Shown in pieces: positions 40,608 through 56,271 of a stretch of 64,000 nt of DNA. This DNA comes from Octopus sinensis (Eukaryota). The stretch is taken from positions 9,920,001-9,984,000 of the forward strand of contig NC_043008.1 in assembly GCF_006345805.1 (NCBI RefSeq), given 5' to 3'. The notes beneath the pieces were generated by a model. It saw only the letters and a program-made list of their open reading frames with translations, was not told the origin of the DNA and searched no databases. How positions within the stretch are numbered: position 1 is the stretch's first letter; the number at the start of each line of letters is the position of its first letter. Position numbers and translations under genes: made by a program.

Positions 40608-40831
40608 TGAACTGATACATTAGATGCGATTAAGTAGCTCGAATCTCTCTTCCATAAATCTAACTTCAAATTCCTAAAATTTGACCGAAAAAACTATACT
40701 TCCTCCATCACTGAACGTCTTCTCTTCAATAAAATCTGTAAAATATTTTTTCTATTAAATTTAAAGAATATGAAATTAGATTTATGGAAGAGAGCTTCAG
40801 ACCTTTTAATCGCATCTAATGTGTCAGTTCA
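40608..40831. repeat. Inverted repeat, ~85 bp arms
   Basis: tgaactgatacattagatgcgattaa...ctctcttccataaatcta pairs with tagatttatggaagagag...ttaatcgcatctaatgtgtcagttca. Confidence 0.9.
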
Positions 40832-42832
40832 CAACATTTTATGAACTTTAAATAAAAACTTATCTAGAACTCACTCATTCTATTTTGCGATCAAAATACT
40901 GCAGTCAGTCCCTCTGCGCTCAAAAATCTGAATTCTAAAAATAACAACATATTCTACAATTATTCTTGGTGAATCTTTCCCAAAGTAAAAGCCTCAGTCG
41001 GAAACAGAGTGTTATTTGGCCATTTTAATACTGAGACTTTTGAAATAGTCTTTGCTAAATACTCGAGAGAGCAGCTGGTTATTTACATAAAATTTGTAAA
41101 CCATTCAAGCGTTAGTAACTGAAGTTATATCTACGCAAAAAGTCCTATATGCACTATAAATGTACTAAATCATTACAACACTAGAGTATTTATATTCCAC
41201 GGGAACTTAACGAGACCTCGATATCTTGACTCTAAAATAAGCCACTTTTACACACTGTATATTTTTTTATTTTCGCGATATTCTTTGATATTTTAGTCCT
41301 TTTCAACATGCATCGTAACACCAGTGTAGGTTCTATTTAGCCGGATTCAGCGCACAATGAAGCACTTCAAGATAATATTACAGTATTTGATTCTGATTAA
41401 ATAATCTGTGTTCACTTACTTCTCCAAGTTTGTACCATTTATATAAATCTGGCCTATGAATCTCATATGACGATTTTCTTCTGATTTGAATGAATGAATT
41501 TTTTTTTCACCTCTAAAAATATTTGTATAAATTGATCTGAACTCTTTCATATCTGTATAATGGATTCGCTCTTGATATATATACCATATATATTTATGTA
41601 GAATCTAACTGTGAATAATGTATTTTAGTTAGTAATATATAAACATATCTATTCTGAATTTATACCACAGAGAAAACTTTGTATAACTGCTTAACACTTT
41701 CAAGGAATGTTGAATAGTTTATGTTGTATATATTTCATTTTGTGTGTGGATATATATTGGTGGTGGAATGTAAATGTGTGTGTGTATTTTCTGGTTTGAT
41801 TGTGTGCACATGTGTGTGTGTGTATAAAAGCAGTTTGATGTATGTGTATAGTTATGATATAAGGATATGTCAAAAACACTATCTATTGACGTTCTTGAAA
41901 GCTGAATGGAAAAAATATCCATCATTTTCATTTGATCCATTCTCTACTTCTGGTAAACTTAATGGAAAGTCGAGTGAATGTGAACACGTTCTTCATATGT
42001 CTGTTCAGTAATTGCATTTAGAATTGTGGGACCCATGAGATCATTACTTCATTTTGCACTTGGTGTATGGAGTAAATTGTTTTAAATGAATATCAGGAAT
42101 ATATGACCGTTATGGGTACTTGACAGATGTGGATGTTTCAAAACATAAATCTTTACACTAACTGAACTCTATTCCCTTAACCTTGCGCAACGTTGTATTA
42201 GCTTTTTTACTTTTCGCAGCTAATATTAACTCGTATTTTTCTTAATATAAATAATCTTAAAATATTATAACTTATATAACTGCAGCGGTGTTTCACAGTA
42301 CTTATCTGACATGTTTAATTATGAAAAACAACCTTTTCTGAAATTTAATTTGGAAAAACAACCTTTAGCATATTTTCACTTTGCTAAAAAAAATCGAATT
42401 GGTTAATTTAAATATCAAATTAATTTTAGCAATTTAACTGTACCGTATTTGTCAAATTTATAAACAAACGTAGATAACAAATATCGTTCTTTAATTTCCC
42501 TCTGTCATCCCTCCCTCTGTCAGCACTTCTCTTTTCCCTTCCATTTCTTTTACACCTTTATACTTACAACGTCCCTCCTCATATCGAAATTTCTTTTACC
42601 CTCTCTACAGACCTATCACAACACCCAAAATCTCGTTTGTCTCACCGACCTTTCTGCTTAATTCATCATGATTAATACTCTTTTCTTTCTTTCTCCTACC
42701 TTCTTCTTCTCTTCAACTATTTAAACGATTAGGCTCGAAACGCAAAAGAGACATTTTTCATTTTCCCGAGCATCAAACAAATACACTGTTTATATACCTG
42801 TCTTCATCTTTTGTTTTTCTATAAATTTCAAC

Positions 42833-42866
<34 letters not shown>

Positions 42867-42908
42867 TGTATGTATGTATGTATGTATGTATGTATGTATG
42901 TATGTATG

Positions 42909-42939
<31 letters not shown>

Positions 42940-43464
42940 ATGTATATAGTAAGAGGAGGGATATAATATCCAGGCAAATACCGAATTTCTCTGAATAAAA
43001 TGCCAGGGCTGGTTCCTTCAGATGGTGCGTTGCGTTTTTTGGTAGTTTTCACGCTAACTACCTGATAATTTCTTGTTAAGATTCCTTATTAAGAAGTTAT
43101 CCTTAATTGTTAAATTTATTCCGATGAAAAACTTTTCCTACCGACATGCAGTTCGAGAAAGCCCGCCATTAACCGAATATATGATGAATAAACATTTCCA
43201 TGTGCTTCGCCGAGGGGAGCAGATGTCTGTTTGGTTGTTTGTTTATTTATGATGTGTTCAGAATCAGTTCTGCTGATGAACATAGACGTATTTGATGCGT
43301 TAATTGTGAAATCACAGGTGATATAGAACTATATTTAGTTTTTTAAATGTCTTGCTTCGGAAACTGCATTAGGTATGATTAGTTAAATTTTGGTAGTAAT
43401 GACTTATGTCCCTCTTAGCGTGAGGCATTTATGTGTAAATATATATATATATATATATATATAT

Positions 43465-43515
<51 letters not shown>

Positions 43516-43599
43516 TATATACGTACTCTCTTACACACACGCGCACATTCGTTTTGGGATCACTACTACTTTGTTATCTCCCCTACTTCTTCGCTCTCC

Positions 43600-43800
43600 T
43601 GTGTGATCCTTCTGTCCGGCATTCGCCATGATAGATCGGTAGCCACTACACACATTTTTTTCTCTCCTTGTTTCTTCTGTGGATGAGCGTAGGCTTGAAA
43701 CGTTAAAGACATATTCAATTCCCGAGCGTTATACTAATACATCTGTTTGTTTTCTACACCATCTGTCTTCGTCTTTTATTTTTTTCGTGAATTCTCCCTA
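43600..43800 (+). mobile_element. Dispersed repeat with minimal hammerhead-like motif
   Basis: tctt CTGTGGA T GAGC gtag GCTT GAAAC GTT aaaga at 43673-43709. Confidence 0.6.
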
Positions 43801-43878
43801 TATATATATATAATATATATATTATATATATATATAGATATATAGATATATAGATATATAGATATATATATATATAAT

Positions 43879-43945
<67 letters not shown>

Positions 43946-44461
43946 TTATGTATGTATGTACGTGCGTGTATATGGTTGAATGTGTGTGGGGTGGACATAG
44001 AAATTATATTAGAATCATTAGGCGGCGAAAGGAAACAAATCGCAGCATCAAAACTTATGTGAACTGCTTTTCAAGACGTTCTTAGACAAGCATTTCAGAA
44101 AGAAGACAATGTTATTCCTAAGAGAATAAAGAAATCAAACCAATTAAATCTATGATAATAATTGATCATTAAAGCCTACTTCTCATTTTGCTGAATTTTA
44201 ATTACTTTTTATGTAGATGTTTACGTAAACTCTAATTTGTATTTCTCTCAACTGTAAGAGTAACATATGTTCGTAACTATAGAGTCATATAATTTCAACT
44301 GTGTGTGTAAATATACTTATAAAGACATGTGTGCATATATATATATAATATAGCTATACATACAATGTATATATATATAATATACAGGTGTATAAATCTA
44401 TATACAATATATAGAGAGACACACACATATATGTATATATAAAGTTATGTATATATATCTA

Positions 44462-44515
<54 letters not shown>

Positions 44516-44544
44516 CATATGTATATATATATATAAATGGACAT

Positions 44545-44580
<36 letters not shown>

Positions 44581-45380
44581 ATATGGAATACCAAAAGTGA
44601 GACAAGAAAACAACGCAAAACATCCAGACAGTTAGATGATACAAAAAAGGGACAACACATCCAGACAGACGATACAAAAAAACAAGAACGGGTCATTCGG
44701 AGTTTCCTTTCTTCAGTCGAGTTCCAGATTATCTTTGCAATTTCGGCTGATTATACTTGAGATTTCTCCAAACTGGCAAGCCCCAAGGAAAAACTAAGCT
44801 AAGATCGCTATGTTCCTTGGAAGAAAGCAGCGAATGTATACGAAAACAAGGACAGAAAAAACACGGAGAAATGGTACACAAATACAAATGCAAATAAAAG
44901 ACATTAACAACAGGTGTCTTTCGACTAAGGACGAATTTAATTAAGCTGGCGTGTGTGAAAGTGAAGCCTTACGGCAGGGACATAAGTGATGACAGGCACA
45001 GTCGAACCAAGAAAGAAAGGTCAGACCTGGCCGAACACCGATCACGTGGAGAGAGAAGCGAGAGAGGTAGAGGCATATATTTATATATAGGCTGAACTCC
45101 ATGCACGCGATATTTCGGTATCGTGTTTGCATCTAGTCCAGCAAATTGCATTTATAACGGACCATGCTGATGATGGCTGCAGTTTTCCTTGCGGAAAATA
45201 ACAGCCGAAACTGATTAGTACATGGGTAATTATTTTATTTCGTATATTTTCACTTGTTTATTGCTATGGTTTTGTGCTGAGTTTGATCTGAGAACATAAT
45301 CTTTTGTGGAGAATGGCGATTTGACGTCTATATCTAGCATATTGACTGTCCACTTTTCGTGTTCAGTCCTTAATTGGTAT

Positions 45381-45424
<44 letters not shown>

Positions 45425-45428
45425 TAAT

Positions 45429-45470
<42 letters not shown>

Positions 45471-45581
45471 ATACTCATATATAAATTTATATATATGTAT
45501 GTATGTATATAAAATGTCCATGTTTCCATGGAAAATATGATAGACAGACAGACAGACAGCCAGGCAGGCAGGCAGGCAGAA

Positions 45582-45612
<31 letters not shown>

Positions 45613-45624
45613 TAGATAGATAGC

Positions 45625-45730
<106 letters not shown>

Positions 45731-45966
45731 GTTAGTTACAGTGATAGAAACTTTGGAATCAGGAATGGAAGTCAATAATAGAGGAAGCAAAAAGCGACGA
45801 GAAGTGAAGAAAGCTTGAATGACAGAAATATTCTCATGCATTTGAAAGAACGGTCAATTAGATGTAATTATTCAGGCTGGAAAATATTGCCTGAAAGCAG
45901 CAAAACAAAAATGCTCTGGTATTCTACAGAACGTAATTCTAATAATGAACCATTGTGTGTGTGTGT

Positions 45967-46006
<40 letters not shown>

Positions 46007-47154
46007 GAGATTTTCACTGTGACGATATATAAGAGAAAGATCTGTTTTTGCTGGGTTTTTAAATATTGACACAAGGCCAGCAACTTAAGGGGATGCGATA
46101 AGTCACTTATATTGACGCCCCAGTACTTGAATGATACTTTGTTTAATCGATCCAGAAAGGATGACGAGCACAGTTGATTTTGGCGGAATTTGAACTCAGA
46201 ACGTTAAGAGCCACAAGAAATGCTGCTAAACATTTTGTCCGGCGCGCTATCGATTCTGCCAACTCGCCACCTTTTCTTTTACTAATAATATTGGTTTAAA
46301 ATTCTGGCACAAGGGCAGTAATTTCGAGGCAAGTCGATTACAATGATCCCTGTACTCAGCTGGTACTTATTTTATCGACGTCGAAAGGATGAAAAGCAAA
46401 GTCGATCTGTGTGGAATTTGAGCTCGGAACATGAAGACGGACGAAAAGCCTGTACTCATTTTGTCCGGCATCCTACGATTCTACTGGATCGCCACCTTTT
46501 CTTTTACTGATAATATTACCATTTACTCTAAGGCGGTGAGCTCGCAGAATTATTACTGTTGTTGCTGATGTGGTTGTTGTTTAGTCGTAGGCCAATACTA
46601 ATCGAGAAAACTTGCAGCCAAAAGTATTCCAACCTTCACCAGTCTTTTCTATAATTCAAAAAACAGTGTATCTTCAACTACATTATCTGATGTGTTAAAA
46701 AGATTATAATGATTGACATATGGACAATTTGGCCGTTATTTCTAGTTTGTCGATTGACTGCACAGAGGCTTCCTCGTTGGTAGTTGTCCATTTAAAATAG
46801 CTTGATTGATATCCTATTCAGTATCATAATTATTCGATTGTTATCTCTGGTTATATCGGTTTTTAGCATTTTGTTAAGAGCGCCAAGAGATTGATATCAC
46901 GACGATCAACAATGGCTTGCAACAACACACAGCCTCGAGTCATATGGTTTAGTAATCATTATTTGAGTGACAAATTCAGTAACCGAAGAGAGGGGCAAGT
47001 GAGGAATAGAATAGATCTACAATAACTACATATCGTCAGTGGAGCGAATCGGACTAATGGAAAGTACAATAATCTAAAAGAAACATTCGACCTGACAATG
47101 TTGCTAACCCTACAAGATGGCAGTCAAATCTATTGACAAGGGAGATAAATAATA

Positions 47155-47300
47155 ATTTTTATTATATAAAATCCGTTCTGTCTGTCTGTCTGTGTCTTCT
47201 AGGATCTCGGGCATCCTCCATCCAATTGCGCTCAAATTTGATATGTAGATACCGACGGTATCAGGGCGTCTTGGAAAAATTACAAAAATCTATTCCAGAG
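47155..47300 (+). mobile_element. Helitron-like 5' fragment
   Basis: tatataaaatccgttctgtctgtctgtctg...ccatccaattgcgctcaaatttgatatg parallels the 5' layout of the 4217-4597 Helitron. Confidence 0.45.
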
Positions 47301-48050
47301 GGCATGCATCGTTTTTGTCCTGCTTTTCTTCCGTCAACCTATACATAACTGCACCTTCCATTTTTTGTTGTTTTTGTACTGCTTAAAGGCACGTTTCTTT
47401 CCTGTCAAGGCTACTGTTTAAACCATGTTTGTGTTCTCCCAGTCAACAGCCTTATCATTACTGGTACTTTAAACTCTTCGGTTGCATATTTGTGTGAATA
47501 AAATCGTTTTTCTTTGGAATAGAAAAAAAGTCTATCTTTATTTCTTCTTTTGCTGGTGTCTCAAATTTAGGTTAAATCAGTGTTTCTAAAAGGGGAGGCC
47601 TATGGGACGGTCGGACAAGTTGTTTTGAGAAAATTTGGTTTAAATATTTGACAACTCAGCACCGTCCATTGGAGGGGGGGGGGCGTTTTGTTCGTGTGAC
47701 TATATTTCACTCTTAAGGGATAAACTAGAATCTAATTAAGGGGCGAAAATATTGATTTCTAACATGGTCACACGGTTTTTCAATCTGGTTACTGTACAAT
47801 GGGAAAGGGAGTGCAAGCATGACTGAGTCGTTAAGTAATTTGCTTCGCAACAACATCACTCTTAGCCCTGTCTCATTGTGTAGCTTCTTAAGCAAGTTTT
47901 TTTTTCTACTACAGCTTCAATTTAACTAAGGATTCGTTAGCGGAATTTGGAAAGCAGAAACTGTTTGGAAGTCCACAGCGTGTGCATGTGAGTGTGTGGG
48001 ATGTATGTATTAGTTTAGTGCATGCGTGCATGTGTGTGTGTGTGTGTATG

Positions 48051-48113
<63 letters not shown>

Positions 48114-49079
48114 TCACAGATGAACGAAAAATCACCTGTTGATATTTATTACCTAGCAATGATCCGGTAATGAATCAGCCGAGAATACTGGAAAAGGTAA
48201 AAGAGATAAATACATGCTAGTAATAGCAGCTTAATCTCCCTCGAATCCTACCGCCATGAAACAGAAAGGACACACAGGATATCATAGTCCTAAGTATTTT
48301 ATCGACCCCACATCACCTTCAAAGAAACGAAAGTTGAGATCCATCGTAATTATATTTCAGCACAGAAACGAAATTAAATATTGTAAGATGTTCGATCGAC
48401 TCCTCTGACACTCCTATATCTTTGCCGAGCGTTACGTCAAAGACATACGTGATCATGCACGCGCACGCGCATACACACCCACACACACACACACACATGC
48501 ACGAACACACACACCACACCTACACTGTTATCAAACACTACACAATACATTGGTTTCGAATTTTGGCACAAGGCCGGCAAAAGAGACCGATAGAATAGGT
48601 ACCAAACTTGAAAATAGGTACCGGAGTCGATTTGTTCGACTAGAACATTCTAGGTGGTGCCCCAGCATGGCCGGTGACTGAAACAAGTAAAAGACTAAAT
48701 ACGAAATATAAAGAATTGTTTATGCCTTCAACAGCAACCACACGAATATCTGCAGCGATGGCAACAAGTCGTAGCATTAACAATAAAAACAGAATCAATA
48801 ATATCAAAGAGAAATAGTAAAGCAAACATCTTCAACATTGATGATAGTTGTACCGAGAGCAACATTGGCTAAATTGATGCCACAAACACTTTGATTTCTA
48901 TATTGATGCTCCTCATACACAGGCAATCAATACAAAGGGAGTGCAGCATGGTTTCAGATCAAAACAGGTCATAGTTTCAATGCAAGACCCATGACTTGCT
49001 TGGAGTGATCCAGGTTCGGAAAGACTTCGACGTCATACAGACTACACTGGATAGAGGTGATTGAAGTTATTCAACAATA

Positions 49080-50170
<1,091 letters not shown>

Positions 50171-50764
50171 AAAGTCTGCAGGACGGTGCCCCAGCATGGC
50201 CGCAGTTTAATGACTGAAACAAAATAAAAGATAAAAAATATAAAAACACACACACACACACACACAAATACATATACGACGGGCTTCCACACAGTTTCCA
50301 TCAACCAAATTCACTCAGAAGGTTTTGGTCGGCCCCGGGGTCACAGCAGAAGTCAGTTGCCGCAGTGCCAAGCAGGAGAAGTGAACCCGAAACTACGTGG
50401 TCGCAAAGCGAGTTTCTTAACCACACATCCATGCCTGCTAGAATGTTTCTTGCCAGACTGGAACACGATGCGGATGTAGAGGCTGAAGCATGACCTTTAA
50501 TATCCGATTAGAACTAACATCTTAGAGGCACCTCTTCCACTGACATAAATTCTCACCAAGCCAACATGTGACATTATGCAAGGTCTCTCAACTTGCTAGA
50601 AATAGCTGCTAAATTTCACAACAGTCACATCTCACTGTCTTGAAAAAAAGAGGAGCTGATATTTTGGATACCGTAGTCTTAGTCTGAGTAAAAAAAAAAC
50701 GGGATGGTCACGACTGGGATACCTTTGATTACAGATTAACTCGTCCAAGTCAAACCATCTAGAA

Positions 50765-50990
50765 CAGTGGTTCTCAGCTGGGGTCCACATAACCATTGGT
50801 GGTCCATATAATCCTTAGCGGTCCATATAATCCATTGGTGGTCCATATAATCCATTGGTGGTCCATATAATCTTTAGCGGTCCATATGATCCATTGATGG
50901 TCCATATAATCCTTAGTGGTCCATATAATCCATTGGTGGTCCATATAATCCTTAGCGGTCCATATAACCTTTGGGGAGACCATGTAAGAT
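50765..50990 (+). mobile_element. hAT-like end followed by 19/20 bp minisatellite
   Basis: CAGTGGTTCTCAG terminus, then ~10 units ggtccatataatcc(attggt|ttagc). Confidence 0.6.
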
Positions 50991-51089
50991 TTTGTTATTT
51001 TAATTTATGAGAATTTATTATAATTCATGAGAATAAATTATGATTAATAAATTCTACAAAACACAAAGTATTTTAACAATTTTTTTTAT

Positions 51090-51530
51090 ACGTGGCTTAG
51101 TGAGTAGGGTGTTGGACTCATGATCGTAAGACTGTGGTTTCGATTCCTGGATCGGGCAACGTGTTGTGTTCCGTATCATGAAAATTGTTCGTAAACATTT
51201 GGTCGAAAACAATTATTCGAAAAACAGTTATTCGAAATAAATACCGTTTGTGTACTTGATCTTTAATTTTATCATTTTTCTTTAGATAAAATTAAATGTT
51301 TGTACAAGTGTCCTTTTGAATAATTTTCATTCGTACAATTTTCCATTCGAAAAAATGTTTTTCGAATAGTTGTTTTCGAACAATGTTCACATAAACGTTG
51401 TGTTCTTGAGCAAAACACTTCTTTTCGCGTTGCTCCAGTCCACTCAGCTAGCAAAAATGTGTATTTCCTGCAATGGACCGGTGTCCCGTCCTCCGGGGTA
51501 GGGGAATATATGCGCCATGGAAACCTGAAG
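51090..51530 (+). mobile_element. SINE family C interrupted by a MITE
   Basis: Head at 51090. The box gttgtgttc|ttgagcaaaacactt is split by an insertion. Confidence 0.8.
51172..51396. mobile_element. Mutator-like MITE (225 bp) with 9 bp TSD
   Basis: GTTGTGTTC duplicated at 51163-51171 and 51397-51405. Imperfect TIRs built from ttcgaaaaca repeats. Confidence 0.75.
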
Positions 51531-52690
51531 CCAATACTATGAGTCTATATAACTTGCGATGGGTCTTTACCGTTTATCCTATAAATATTATAATAGGATT
51601 TTTTTTACCGTTTAGCATTTAAACAGGTGATATCCGGCCAAAATATTCTGCATGTTTTATGTTCATATCAGCCAGATCCAGCCTCTCACACCTACCCTAC
51701 AATGTAATTCTAAAAATATACAATTATATCATTGAAATCTCAAAGCTTGAGGTAATGTATGGTTAGTTCAAAGCAACGTGAATAGATAAGCATTATATTT
51801 GGCAGAGCAATCTGAATGCTAAATGACCAAACATCGAATGGATAACAGAATCCAGTAGAGTACAACAGAAATAAAAGGAGTACGTGACCATAAAATGGTT
51901 CAGAGCTACTGATCTAGAAGATCAGCAACCTACCTATGACATTATATCCCGGCATTTATATTCGTATTGCCTACCTGCCAATCAAACCACTTCTAAATTA
52001 TCTTCACCTGCACCTTGAAGGTGAATATAAGTTAGGGAGTCTTAATTGAATGTCTTTATCAATTGTCGCTCCAGAATAAAGGTCACCTTGTCTCATCGAT
52101 AGAGTTGATAAATCTCGTGTATATATGTAATCGAATGTCGTGAATTAAAGTGAAAACTTGGCGAGGTAAAATGAAAATTTATTTGTTTTCCTTAATTGAT
52201 CGCAAATTAAAATTAAGACAGTGTCGGCAATGGAGAGACAAAATCAATAATTGTTTAGGTTGTACTATATACCAGTTGCTGAAGAATAGCGTCGTTACAG
52301 GTTTCTAACTGGTCAATTAGTGGTTCACTGAATATCTGACAGCAAGAGTAATAAGGGATTATCTAGCAGTATTTCGTCCGTCTTTACAGTCTGGGTTCGA
52401 ATTCTGACGTGGTCCGCTTTGCCTTTCATCATTTTGGAATCAATAAAATAAGTACCAGTGTAATCGCCTGGTCTCGTCCTTCAAAATCTCAGGTTTTGTC
52501 CCCATAATAGAAAATAATTAGTGAGTTTACGTTTATTGTTAACGATTGAGATAGTTTTGTCACTCTATGCGGCGTATGTCATCTTTAATTACTTCAATTT
52601 TTCTCTGAAGAAGAAACTAATTTCTGTCAGAGGCGTAAAGTTCCATCACTAGAATTTAAAAGCAATAATAGTTATGAGTAGAATTTTAGG

Positions 52691-52960
52691 GCATTCCTTC
52701 GATATAACTTTACAAAATCAAAACATTTCACTCTGGGTATTTCCGTGGAAGCAAATGACAGATTCTATTTTCTGCTTGGAAATTTGCGGATTTTACATAC
52801 ATACATGAAACAGATAAGAACAAATATGCAAGGCCTTTTTCTTCTTCAAGTTTAAGATCAGACATTGCTGGCATAATTTCGTTATATCTATTACTACACA
52901 ACCCACGGAAATACCCGAAGTGAAATGTTTTGATTTTGTCGAGTTATATCGAAAGAATGC
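52691..52960. repeat. Inverted repeat, 58 bp arms (MITE-like)
   Basis: gcattccttcgatataac...gggtatttccgtgg pairs with ccacggaaataccc...gttatatcgaaagaatgc. Confidence 0.88.
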
Positions 52961-53178
52961 AAATTTTTTGAAAAGCGTGGCGCATTTTTTACTTTCCACC
53001 TACACATGAATTCGTAAAGTAACTATAAGCTTGTCACCTTCTTCGACAAAAAGCATCAGCTTCTACAAATTACCATCTAGAAATTTATTAACATAACCAG
53101 CTATTTATATATGTATGTATATACGTGATGATAGATAGACATATATACATACATACATACATACATACATACATACAT

Positions 53179-53223
<45 letters not shown>

Positions 53224-53412
53224 TAGACCAGGACGGACAGACAGAGAGACAGACAGATACATACATACATTCTTACATAAACACACATACACACACATAC
53301 ATAGATACGTACGTAGGTACGTACGTACGTACACACATAGCTACATATACTTACTTGCTTACATACATACTTAAATACATAGACAATCAGATAGATAGAT
53401 AGATAGATAGTA

Positions 53413-53513
<101 letters not shown>

Positions 53514-56098
53514 ACTGAAATATTCGATAGGGGAGATCCTTGATCTCTGGAAAAAAGAAACCTATGAAATTATTGATATATTGATCAGGTTCAGTGAGTT
53601 CAAGAGAATAGGTTTGACTCTCTGGTTCTGTTGATTATTAGCTTAATTGATCTTTCAAAGGTGAAGAATTCTCTCTTATATTCATTAAATGTTTAATAGA
53701 GACGAAATAGCCTCTAAACAAGGAGGAAATGTCTTTGACAGTTCCTGGTAGTTGATGTCAAGCTTGCTCTGTAAGAAGACCTATCCACACAAACTAGCAC
53801 ACACACGGATATACATATATATGTAGTTATGTGTGTGTGTGTGTGTGTGTGTGTCTTCACAAAATATACATAATTTGTATTGCTATACATGTATGTGTGT
53901 TTCACTTGTGTGTGTGTATGTGTGTATGTGTATATATGTGTGTATGTATGTATGTATATATGTAATTATATATGTGCGTGTATATGTATATATATATATA
54001 CATATATATATATATTGTATATATATATTGTTTTCCACCTGCCTTCGTCTTTTGTTTATTTTCATAAAGCTTCCCGTTATATATATATATACATATATAT
54101 ACATATATAAGTATATATATGAATATATATATATATGAATGTATGCATATATATGTATATGTGTATATGTATATTGTATATGCATTATATATATATATAT
54201 ACACATACATATATACATATATACATATACATACATATACAATATGTATATGTATGCATATATACATATATATATTATATATATAGCTAGATAGATAGAT
54301 AGATAGATACATACATACATACATACATACATACATACATACATACATACATACATACGTCTGTGTGTGTGTGTGTAATAAATATATATTTGTTTGCCTG
54401 TGTCTGTGCTGGCAAATGTCAGTGTGTGTGTATATGTCTGTGTGTACATGTTCCTATGTGTCTGTATCTGTGTGTCTGTATCTGTATGTGATTGTATCTG
54501 TATGTGCTTGTATACGTATGTGAACGCTTATGTAAGTAAAAGGACTACTTTTAACTAATAACGGAAATGTTAAGTTTGAAAGGTTTTAATATTCTCAATT
54601 CTTCATTTCATTGTGTCCGTGAGCCAAACACTCTACTTACTTCCTCTTTCACAAATAATATTATTTCAGGCTGTTTTTCTTTTGTTTTCAGTTTCTTTTC
54701 TGTAAAGTTAATACAATTCTTTGTTCCATTTCTCTCACAATAGAAAGTAAAAACCGCATATCACACCGTTAAAGTATCATAATGTATGTTTTTAGCTATT
54801 GTACTTGTTGCGACATTCATGTATTTTTATTGCCTTGATTTTTATTTTCTTGTGTTTATATTAGTTGTACATATTGTTGTTGTTGTTGTTGTTGTTGCTG
54901 TTGCTGTTGCTGCTGTTGTTGTTGTTGTTGTTGTTGTTGTTGTGTAAGCAATATAATTCTGATATGTGCAAAATGGTTCCAATAAAAGATTTCAATTCGT
55001 TTATGTGCAGCAACATTTCTAGTTGTGTGACAGGGATAAGAAATACTAGGAATATAAGAAATATTCGTGTTTAAATCTATCTCTGATTTATGCTTAAATC
55101 ACAGGGATAACTTGTAAATAATTCATAGAGGTGGTGAAGGAATTGAAATAGACTTAAGACAATAGAATTACTTTAATGGGTGGCCCTTCTCGAAATATAC
55201 GGGGCTGGATATTCCTACACATGTGCGTGGGTATTAGTATAATCTGTGTGTGTGTGTGTGTATGTGTGTGTGCGTGCGTGTGCGTGTCTGTGTATGTGTG
55301 TGAATCGTTGAAACAATATTTCTCATGGTAAAAAAATATTATTTTTTAGAAAAGTTCATGGAAATATAGAAAAAAATAAATATTATCCCAGAGTATTGAT
55401 ACATACAATATAAAATACCTTATGCCTTAAAATCTATTTAGCAGAATAAAACCCACACACACATGACGCAGAAGCATCTCGGGAGAGATATTTTAATGCC
55501 CTACGAAGGCATTTAAACATAAAGTGCTATATACACGTGACGGTTGTGTACATGCGCGTTCTTTTTCTCCGTTTTCTTTCTCCATTTCCGGTTTTTTTTT
55601 TTACTATTTGTCTATTTTTTCTTTCGAAAGAAGACTCTATACTCGAAACGTAAAAACTTACCTTCCTTTTCTTTTCCTCATTTCCCGAACGTAAACCTAA
55701 TACACTCTGCGTTCCTTTGTTTTACCTTGTCTTTGTTGTATATTTTTACACCATATATGTGTGTGTGTGTTTGTGTGTGGGCGTTCGTGTGTGTGTGAGT
55801 GCGTGTTTGATTGTCTATCTGTAGGTATGTATATATGTACATTCAATTATTCTAATCCACTTGTCGCTACATACATGTTATATCGCACAAAATTTATGTT
55901 TGTTAACCACTTTATCTAAGTTTCTACTTTGGAGGTATATTCCTGGTATATTTCAAAAGCGTATTAAATATGTGTGTATACAAATATTTATGGTACTTGA
56001 GTGACTCTGTGGCAAGACATTTGTTTCCTAACATCAGTTGCCGTTCAGTCCCGGATTTGGTAGACGGAAACAACAAGAAGCTTGTCGTATATATATAT

Positions 56099-56151
<53 letters not shown>

Positions 56152-56181
56152 GCGAGAAAGAAGCAACAAGAATGGATAGGT

Positions 56182-56271
56182 TTTTAGTACAATCGTTTCA
56201 TACAAGGACAGGCTTTATTAAAAGTTGCAAAAATTACAGCATATAACGTGTCCCGTACTCATCAGCTAAAA
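56182..56271 (-). ncRNA. Type I hammerhead ribozyme (mirror copy)
   Basis: Reverse complement of the 57418-57508 motif. Confidence 0.75.

Noticed and set aside
44570-45100. Minus-strand CTGAAGA-AAGGAAACTCC-GAAT motif in a dispersed repeat
   Set aside because: GAAA is broken and stems I and III are not supported. At most a fossil.
48121-48167. Apparent exon MNEKSPVDIYYLAMIR with AG/GT ends
   Set aside because: The acceptor is preceded by (TG)n rather than a pyrimidine tract and the segment adjoins repeat-derived sequence.
50780-50985. CRISPR-like array or WTAKDYMDHQ repeat protein
   Set aside because: The repeats are contiguous with no unique spacers, the context is eukaryotic, and the ORF is a by-product.
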